The notes under the pieces: model-generated
Database searches by the model: none
Seen by the model: the letters and a program-made list of their open reading frames with translations, nothing else
Told to the model about the DNA's origin: nothing
Translations under genes and position numbers: made by a program
Part shown: in pieces, positions 51,485 to 58,027 of the stretch
How the letters are laid out: each line of letters begins with the position of its first letter
How positions within the stretch are numbered: position 1 is the first letter of the stretch
Assembly (NCBI GenBank): GCA_963702895.1
Contig: OY969767.1
Coordinates: 1,344,001-1,408,000 of the forward strand
DNA length: 64,000 bases
Source of the DNA: an uncultured Elusimicrobia bacterium
GTDB taxonomy: Bacteria > Elusimicrobiota > Elusimicrobia > 2-01-FULL-59-12
Direction of reading: 5' to 3'

Positions 51485-51823
51485 CTAGTTGGGCCAGCGA
51501 ATCAGCTTACCCGGTAATGGGAAGACTGGCTTTTTCGACCACGCTTCTTGGAAGGCACGGGCATAGGCTGAGCCGCGCTGCTGAGGGAGGGTGATCAGAA
51601 TAACGCTGATATTCGGAAATTTCTTAAGTGCCTTCGCAGCGGATTCGCTGAAATCTTGATCTTTTGTGAGAATGCAAATAACCCCGGCAACGGCAGCCAT
51701 CTTTACCAACTCGCCGTTGCTCAATCTTTGCCAGCCACGTTCTGCGGTGGTTTCAGCAGGAATTCCTAGCGATTGAAAGATCGGCGCTAGTTGGCGAGGT
51801 AGATTGTGATCAAGCAGCCACAC
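51485..51823 (-). CDS. DUF5615 (Mut7-C/PIN-like) toxin
   Basis: WLLDHNLP, GW..L.NGEL, ILTKDQDF. Confidence 0.85.
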   Translation of the reverse strand: MWLLDHNLPRQLAPIFQSLGIPAETTAERGWQRLSNGELVKMAAVAGVICILTKDQDFSESAAKALKKFPNISVILITLPQQRGSAYARAFQEAWSKKPVFPLPGKLIRWPN

Positions 51824-52040
51824 GATGCATCTGCTGGGCGGCGAATTTGAGGATTTCAGGAACGGATTCTGGGGGAAATCCCGGATAATCGTCGGCGATT
51901 TCCTGTGCCAACATGCCGATAGAGAGACATTCCAAGACCTGGGCTACGGAGATACGCGTGCCTTTAATAACAGGCTTTCCTCCAAGCAGGTCCGGGTGAT
52001 GGACGATCCATTGAAACCCTTTATAGGGTCGAGTTTGCAT
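51810..52040 (-). CDS. DUF433 antitoxin
   Basis: I...PDLLGGKPVIKGTRISV..VLE.L..G...EI..DYP. Confidence 0.92.
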   Translation of the reverse strand: MQTRPYKGFQWIVHHPDLLGGKPVIKGTRISVAQVLECLSIGMLAQEIADDYPGFPPESVPEILKFAAQQMHRVAA

Positions 52041-52234
52041 AGCTATATTCTACCTTTTCAAGGAAGCACTCTAGCCAACCGCTGTTTCCGAATCTCAATT
52101 ACTTACGTCACCAAGTTGCGTCACTAGGAAAGAGACTTGGGGATACGGCAGGATACCAAGATTTCTTACTCCTCAATGATGGTCTACCTAAAGATACCTC
52201 AGAAATAATTTAAATAAATGCCTGAGGATGGCAC

Positions 52235-52336
52235 TCTACCGCTGTCCCGTCCCCCATACCCGCACCCCGAAGGGGAGCTGAAAGAGCCGGGACAATCCCA
52301 ACTCTATGGCTCGCGAAAGCGAGCTTCAACAGTGGA
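52235..52336. repeat. Unknown structured repeat, copy 2
   Basis: Direct repeat of 51075-51175 at offset 1160-1161. Confidence 0.75.
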
Positions 52337-52407
52337 TGGGATGAGTGAACGCCCCGCGCTGCGCCCAATTTCTGCTTTCTGCTCTCTGCTTTCTGCCCTG
52401 AATTTAT

Positions 52408-52477
52408 TGGGCCCGCCAGGACTCCCCGCCACTACGTCATGGCGGGCCCGCCAACGTCTTAGTGGCGGGGAACCTGG
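52408..52477 (-). pseudogene. tRNA 3' relic (T-arm plus acceptor strand) with T-loop insertion
   Basis: CCAGG TTC[45-nt insert]GAGT CCTGG CGGGCCC A; acceptor strand identical to the adjacent tRNA. Confidence 0.7.
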
Positions 52478-52484
52478 GAAAGAT

Positions 52485-52558
52485 TGGGCCCGGAAGGACT
52501 TGAACCTTCAACCCTCCAGTTATGAGCCGGACGCTCTAACCGATTGAGCTACGGGCCC
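52485..52558 (-). tRNA. tRNA with CAT anticodon, probably Ile2 (Met not excluded); CCA not encoded
   Basis: GGGCCCG TAGCTCAATCGGTTAGAGC G TCCGG CTCATAA CTGGA..GAAGG TTCAAGT CCTTC CGGGCCC A. Confidence 0.93.
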
Positions 52559-52639
52559 TTTACAACCAGCTCAGAACTCAGAAGGCAGAGTTCAGAAATA
52601 TTCACTGGTTGCCAAATCTGCGTCGACGCATTTTACAAA

Positions 52640-52990
52640 TTAATTAATAAACCGAAGCGTCAACGGATAGCGCACGGATTCGCCTTTGTTCGCCCGAAGG
52701 CCCGCGCGGATGACGAGCAGGATATGCCCAATCAGAACCAGCGGCAAAAGGACAAACCCGATCAGAATGTAACAAAGCAAGCCTGCCACAAGAGCATAGA
52801 CCGTCACGGAAAGATTAAAATTCACGGCCTCTTTCCCCTGCTCTTGCAGAACAGGATCGCTCTTCCTCTTGAGGAGCCAGATCAACAGAGGAACCAGGAC
52901 ATTCCCCAGAGGTATCCCAATGTACAGGGAAAGTCCCGCGAGGTGACAGATCATGCTCCAATTGACGGTACTTTGTGTTGGTTCTCCCAT
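52640..52990 (-). CDS. DUF4870 (Tic20-like) membrane protein
   Basis: WSMICHL, PLLIWL.K, QGKEAVNF, YPLTLRFI; SD AAGGAG. Confidence 0.88.
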   Translation of the reverse strand: MGEPTQSTVNWSMICHLAGLSLYIGIPLGNVLVPLLIWLLKRKSDPVLQEQGKEAVNFNLSVTVYALVAGLLCYILIGFVLLPLVLIGHILLVIRAGLRANKGESVRYPLTLRFIN

Positions 52991-53934
52991 GACGTTTCTC
53001 CTTTGACTGAGTGTAGCACATCGGCAAGATTCACCCCGCCGTTGAGCCAGTCGAGTGGCGGTCTCTGCATTTGCCCCAAAGGACATAGGCGTGAAACACC
53101 AAGCCCCTGCAGGTCTCGTTCGAGCTGTTCCTGCCGACCAGTCTCGCCCGCATAACCCACGCAAGAAAGATGCGGCGCGAGGGTTCGCATCTTGTCGAGC
53201 ACATCCTGCCAGCGCTTGAACCCTTCCAGGCGTGGTGCCACCTCCAGTGCGGCCCCCAAGGCCTGCCACTGACTCGGGTCCAAATTTTCCACAAAGATCA
53301 CCTGCGGTGACAAGCAGCCCTGGAGCCGAAAGGGTTCAGCATCAGCGATGATTCGGTCCATCCAGACGTTCGAGAGTTCCTTTTGGGCTTCTTCAAAGAC
53401 AACCCCGACGCTCAGTTGATGACCATACCCAACAAAGCGTGTCCCAGCAGGCACAGAGGCTTGGACGAGCCGAAGGGTCTCATCGGACCCATAGGCCACC
53501 ACGACATCAAAGTCGCACAACAACGTTTCACTCCACGCCACGATGTCGACTAATTCTGAGAGTCTTTCATCCATACGCTCAAGCGACTTCTTCCATGCCA
53601 TTGGAAAGACAGGCTCCCGAAACGATGGTTTAAGGGCCACCTTCCAACCCGATAGGAGGCTTAGCACAACCCCATGGACCCAGGCGGTAAAGGCGTTCGC
53701 CGGCAAGATATGGAGGACCGTTCGTCCGACGTTCGACGTCCGACGTCCCGACATCCATTGGAGGAGTTTCTCACACGTAAGTTCTTCAAAACAACTCGCA
53801 AGCGCGCGCTCGATCGAACGGCGGCTATAGCCAGTTGAAACTTGAAGGGCCTGGATCGTTTCCGACCGGAAGGCGTCGTCCGGATTCAGCCATCGCTCCG
53901 CAACCTGACCCAAATATTCTATCCGATGGTTCAT
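52951..53934 (-). CDS. LuxC-like acyl-CoA reductase
   Basis: VLHILPAN, LKPS.REP.F, VVAYGSDET, YGHQLS, QGCLSP, GVSRLCPLGQMQ.PP..W. Confidence 0.85.
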   Translation of the reverse strand: MNHRIEYLGQVAERWLNPDDAFRSETIQALQVSTGYSRRSIERALASCFEELTCEKLLQWMSGRRTSNVGRTVLHILPANAFTAWVHGVVLSLLSGWKVALKPSFREPVFPMAWKKSLERMDERLSELVDIVAWSETLLCDFDVVVAYGSDETLRLVQASVPAGTRFVGYGHQLSVGVVFEEAQKELSNVWMDRIIADAEPFRLQGCLSPQVIFVENLDPSQWQALGAALEVAPRLEGFKRWQDVLDKMRTLAPHLSCVGYAGETGRQEQLERDLQGLGVSRLCPLGQMQRPPLDWLNGGVNLADVLHSVKGETSWENQHKVPSIGA

Positions 53935-54986
53935 GTTCGATAGGCCTCCGCCGATAGCGAACAACCCCGGACCTCAGCATTCGGAGCCCGACCAAGCAGA
54001 TGAAAAGCGTCGGACGTCGAACGTCGGACGGACGTTCCAAGGTCCTCCGTCTGAACAGCCATCACGGAATCCACATTGGCCAGGTCAAAATGCCGCAAAA
54101 GGCCGGTTTCGCCTTCCTTGGCGAGTCCACCCGTCACCGAATCCACAACGATGGTTCGCGTCCAAGGAGGTCCTTGGAGAGAGGAAGTCCCCCCTCGTCC
54201 ATAGAATTGAGAACTGAGCTCACACATTCCATATTCATTAATGCATGCTTCTTCTGGGATGCCCAGGGATACTGTCACTTGCTGCACAAATTCTGGCCTG
54301 GTCACCTGGCGTTTCTCTGTTTTCATTCCCCCCGTATCCATCAACCGGCTGCCAGGAGGAAGACGAAATATCTTTCCCGTCTTGCTTAGATAATCAAAGA
54401 ATTTCAGGAAGCTAATCGTTGTGCCCAAGAGAGCCACCGGCACTCCGGTACTTTCCGACTCGCAAAGTTTCCGGAAGAGTTGTGTCTCGAGGAGAACACC
54501 TCGTTCGATGAAGGTGCCGCTACCGGGTGTGCCAAATTTGCGCTTGACGACCTCCAGCATCCAACTCAAGGAAGAGTGCGGGGCCTCCGCTGGAGCCGGC
54601 GCTAACACCAGCATGGGCAGGCGCGCCTGGTCCGGCAAGACTTGAGATGAGAAAAAGCTCTCAAGCGAGCTCTCGTAGTAGCGAAGTGTCCGAAGATAGT
54701 GTTGGCTCCGGGACGATGAGGTCGTGCCGCTCGAACGAAACACCGCCGCCGCTTGGGCCACAGGAAAGGTGGCCAGCTCAGAGGACTTAAAGGCGGACAC
54801 GGGAACCGCGGGAATTTCCTGCCAGGTCTGGATCCGCACCGGACTCAGACCCTGCGCGCGGCAAAAGGCCTGATAGGGTTTGTTGCGCGCAAACTGATAG
54901 GCAAAAAGTTCAAGGGCGACAGACTCAAAATCACCCGTGCCCGTGCGCAAGAATTGCTCGATACGCTGTCCAAGGCTTTCGGTCAT
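53931..54986 (-). CDS. LuxE-like acyl-protein synthetase
   Basis: IPAVP..AFK, FRSSGTT, MDTGGMK, NEYGMCELSSQ, DLAN, TEDLG, LGR..AEVRGCS. Confidence 0.88.
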   Translation of the reverse strand: MTESLGQRIEQFLRTGTGDFESVALELFAYQFARNKPYQAFCRAQGLSPVRIQTWQEIPAVPVSAFKSSELATFPVAQAAAVFRSSGTTSSSRSQHYLRTLRYYESSLESFFSSQVLPDQARLPMLVLAPAPAEAPHSSLSWMLEVVKRKFGTPGSGTFIERGVLLETQLFRKLCESESTGVPVALLGTTISFLKFFDYLSKTGKIFRLPPGSRLMDTGGMKTEKRQVTRPEFVQQVTVSLGIPEEACINEYGMCELSSQFYGRGGTSSLQGPPWTRTIVVDSVTGGLAKEGETGLLRHFDLANVDSVMAVQTEDLGTSVRRSTSDAFHLLGRAPNAEVRGCSLSAEAYRT

Positions 54987-56458
54987 ACGGTTTTTATGCC
55001 GTCACCCCGGCGGAAGCCGGCCCTCCACACATCCGGCGGGCCGTCCGCCCTGCCGTGTGGCGGACGGGGTCCATCATTGTCGGCAAAGAATGGATAGATC
55101 CCCCGCTTACTACCGCGGGGGATGACGGCGAACAGTACCTCACAGAGAATATGGGTTGCCAATTTTAAATCATTTCCTGAAATGGTCAGCGGCGGCGTGA
55201 GGGTGAGCACATTGCGCCGGACTCCTCCGGACAAGACGATGAGCCGCTTCTTGAGCGATTCGGTGACCACCCGCGCGGCAAGCCTGGGTGCCGGCGTGAG
55301 GGTTTTCTTGTCTTGGACCAATTCGATGCCGATCATAAGCCCCAGACCGCGCACCTCTCCCACACAGGGATGATCGGCCAAGGCGTCCTGGAGTTCCCTG
55401 AGCCACGGTTTGCCCACACGCGAGGCCCGCTCGGCCAGCTTCTTCGCTCGAAGTTCCTTCAGCGTCGCAAGCGCCATCGCACATCCCAGGGGATGGCCCA
55501 GAAACGTGCTCGTATGGATGGCCTCGCCATCCGACGGCGGCCACGCGTCCATCGCGGCCCGTGTGCCCAGGCAGGCCGAAAGAGGAAAACCATTCGTCAG
55601 CGCTTTACCGACGCAGACAAGGTCCGGGTCGACGCCAAAATGATCCACCGCCAAAAACCGGCCGGTCCGGCCGGTGCCAGAAAAGATCTCGTCGTCGATC
55701 AAGAGCAGCTGATAGCGCCTCGCGAGCGCTCGCAAACCCCGTAGAAACACGGGGCCGGCGACGCGCACGCCGCCCCGGCCTTGCACGGGCTCCACGATAA
55801 TCGCTCCAAAGGGCCCGGCGGGATGTTTCCCTTGCTTGAGGAGGCGCTCTAAGTTCTCAAGGCACCGCTCGGCAGAGTTCCCGCGGAGCTCATCGGGGAA
55901 TGGCGAAAGCGCGCACCAGGCGGGCAGTTGATCTTGGAACGGATTTCGAAAATCTTCTCGATCGCACAACCCGAGGGTCCCGTAGCTCAGCCCATGGTAG
56001 GCCCCATCGAAAGCGATCACACCTTTCTTGCCTGTCGCCAGGCGCGCCGTTTTGAGGGCAGACTCCACCGCTTCCGCGCCGGAGCTCGAAAGGATGGCGA
56101 GCGGAAATCGTCGCGAAGTGGCCACGCTCAAGGCCTCAAGGAGCTGAACTTTGACCGCATTGGGATGCACGTCGCCCATGCCATGCCACATCTTTTGGCT
56201 TTGTTTTACGATAGCGCGCTGGACGCAAGGTGCCCCGTGACCCAACCCGGCCACACCGAAGGCGCTCGTGAGGTCGAGATACCGAGTGCCGTCCACGTCC
56301 CTCACCCAGGAGCCTGCGGCGGACTCCCAGAACACGGGAAAGTCATCCGAGAGGTAGGTGATATTCCTGGACTCGACCCGGCGCAGCCGCCGCGCAAGCT
56401 GTCGGGATTTCGGACCCGGAAGGCGACTAGGGTGAGCGAGCGAAGTGAGTCGATTCAT
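54983..56458 (-). CDS. Class III PLP aminotransferase (GabT/ArgD-like) with repeat-derived C-terminal extension
   Basis: DVDG..YLD, SGAEAVESALK, YHG, EPVQGRGG, DEIFSG.GRTG, GKAL, STF.GHP. Confidence 0.92.
   Translation of the reverse strand: MNRLTSLAHPSRLPGPKSRQLARRLRRVESRNITYLSDDFPVFWESAAGSWVRDVDGTRYLDLTSAFGVAGLGHGAPCVQRAIVKQSQKMWHGMGDVHPNAVKVQLLEALSVATSRRFPLAILSSSGAEAVESALKTARLATGKKGVIAFDGAYHGLSYGTLGLCDREDFRNPFQDQLPAWCALSPFPDELRGNSAERCLENLERLLKQGKHPAGPFGAIIVEPVQGRGGVRVAGPVFLRGLRALARRYQLLLIDDEIFSGTGRTGRFLAVDHFGVDPDLVCVGKALTNGFPLSACLGTRAAMDAWPPSDGEAIHTSTFLGHPLGCAMALATLKELRAKKLAERASRVGKPWLRELQDALADHPCVGEVRGLGLMIGIELVQDKKTLTPAPRLAARVVTESLKKRLIVLSGGVRRNVLTLTPPLTISGNDLKLATHILCEVLFAVIPRGSKRGIYPFFADNDGPRPPHGRADGPPDVWRAGFRRGDGIKTV
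54998..55129. repeat. REP-like element (same family as the uvrB-upstream repeats) inside the aminotransferase CDS
   Basis: GCCGTCACCCCGGCGGAAGCCGG..GGTCCA..GATCCCCCGC..GCGGGGGATGACGGC. Confidence 0.75.
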
Positions 56459-56484
56459 CGACGGTATTTTATCTTAAAAAACAT

Positions 56485-56517
56485 ACGGGGACGTTGGTAA
56501 CTTACCAACGTCCCCGT
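56485..56517. repeat. Perfect 33-bp palindrome
   Basis: ACGGGGACGTTGGTAA-C-TTACCAACGTCCCCGT. Confidence 0.9.
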
Positions 56518-56525
56518 GTGTCCTG

Positions 56526-57910
56526 GAGTTACCATCAAAAGTGCTGGAAATAGGTTCTGAGGCAAGGAAGGATTTGCCTTAGGAATAGATAACGGCGTAC
56601 CCTTTCGTTGAACCAAACAAACCTGTCCGTTCAAGCGGACAATAAACGAAAAGGAGACGCCGTTATGAAGACCATTGTAAACGTGAAAGGCTGCGAACAC
56701 AAAGAGAGCATGCTGGATTATCTGGCCCGAGAGGGAGCGCGCAAAATGCTGGTGGAAGCCCTGGAGGAAGAAGTGACGATGTATCTGGAGCGGCGGCGCT
56801 ATGAGCGGGCGAAGAGCCTGGAGAAAGGCTATCGCAACGGAACCCGGGAGCGGAAGGTGACAGTTTTGGGAGCAGGTTTAAAGCTCTCGGTGCCGCAAGT
56901 CGACGGGGGCGAGTTTGAGTCGAGCATCTTGCGTCCGTACCAGCGGCGAACCGAGGGTGTCGAGGAGTTATTCCGGCGGCTGTACCTGGAGGGGCTCTCG
57001 AGCCGGGACTTTGAGCCGGCGATGCGAGCACTGATCGGGGATGGAGCCACCTTATCAGCCAGCACGATCCTGCGTTTATCGGCGAAGTTTCAATCGGACC
57101 TGGCCACCTTCAGCCGCCGGGACTTATCCGAAACGCGTTACGCCTATGTCTGGGCGGACGGCGTGTACTTGAAGGCCGGGCTGGAGAAAGAGAATACGGC
57201 GCTTTTAGTGTTGGTTGGCGTGAATGCCGATGGGAAGAAAGAGCTGATTGCTCTGATGGAAGGCTACCGGGAGAGCCGGGATTCCTGGAAGGAAATCTGG
57301 CGAGGGGTGGCGGAGCGTGGAATGCCCGCTCCGCTCTTGGTTATCGGCGATGGGATGGGTGGGCTCTGGGAGGCGGTGGCGGAGGTCTATCCGACCGCCA
57401 AAGATCAACGGTGCTGGAAGCACAAGATGCGCAACGTCGTGGATAAAGTGCCGAAGGCCAAGCAAGAGGAGGTGCTCAACCGTCTGCGCGTAGCGTATCA
57501 GGCGGAGCGTCGAGAAGACGCGGAGAATCACCTGGCCTTGTTAGCCGAGGACCTGGAGATTCGCTACCCGAAGGCGGCGGCTTGTATCCGGAAGGACCAT
57601 GACGCCTTGCTGCGCTACTTCGACTTTCCGAAGGAGCACTGGGTGCATTTAAAGACGAGCAATCCGATCGAGTCGGTCTTCGCGGGGGTCCGATTGCGAA
57701 CTCGCGTTGTGCGGCGGTTTCAGAAATCTCGCACGGGAGTAGCGTTCGTCTACAAAATCATTGAACGCCTGGCGCAATTCTGGAAGCCGATTGAGAAGCC
57801 GGAATTGGTGATGGGATTATTCGTCGAACGAGAGAAGCTGGAGGTAGCGGCCTAAGAGACTTTCGACCAAAGGGGCGCCGATCGATTTCCATCACATTTG
57901 ACTAAAGCTC
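56526..57910 (+). mobile_element. IS256-family insertion sequence, 1,385 bp
   Basis: 26-bp imperfect IRs (19/26) GAGTTACCATCAAAAGTGCTGGAAAT and GAGCTTTAGTCAAATGTGATGGAAAT; 9-bp TSD TGTGTCCTG at 56517-56525 and 57911-57919. Confidence 0.95.
56665..57855 (+). CDS. IS256 (Mutator-type DDE) transposase
   Basis: YRNG, LYLEGLSSRD, VWADG, IGDG, QRCWKH, TSNPIES; SD AAGGAG. Confidence 0.96.
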   Translation: MKTIVNVKGCEHKESMLDYLAREGARKMLVEALEEEVTMYLERRRYERAKSLEKGYRNGTRERKVTVLGAGLKLSVPQVDGGEFESSILRPYQRRTEGVEELFRRLYLEGLSSRDFEPAMRALIGDGATLSASTILRLSAKFQSDLATFSRRDLSETRYAYVWADGVYLKAGLEKENTALLVLVGVNADGKKELIALMEGYRESRDSWKEIWRGVAERGMPAPLLVIGDGMGGLWEAVAEVYPTAKDQRCWKHKMRNVVDKVPKAKQEEVLNRLRVAYQAERREDAENHLALLAEDLEIRYPKAAACIRKDHDALLRYFDFPKEHWVHLKTSNPIESVFAGVRLRTRVVRRFQKSRTGVAFVYKIIERLAQFWKPIEKPELVMGLFVEREKLEVAA

Positions 57911-58027
57911 TGTGTCCTGGGCCGTCGATACCCATATTTTATGGGTCTTTTAGGCCCGTATTTTTGGCCTTCCCTACTATATATTCATTGCCGGAAACCC
58001 CCTATTATTAAGGAGACTAGATCTTCG

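Noticed and set aside
52951..54986. Bioluminescence locus
   Set aside because: No luxA, luxB or luxD in the window
57898..57926. IS256 hybrid promoter from the outward TTGACT
   Set aside because: No -10-like hexamer 16-18 bp downstream (GCCGTC at 17 bp)
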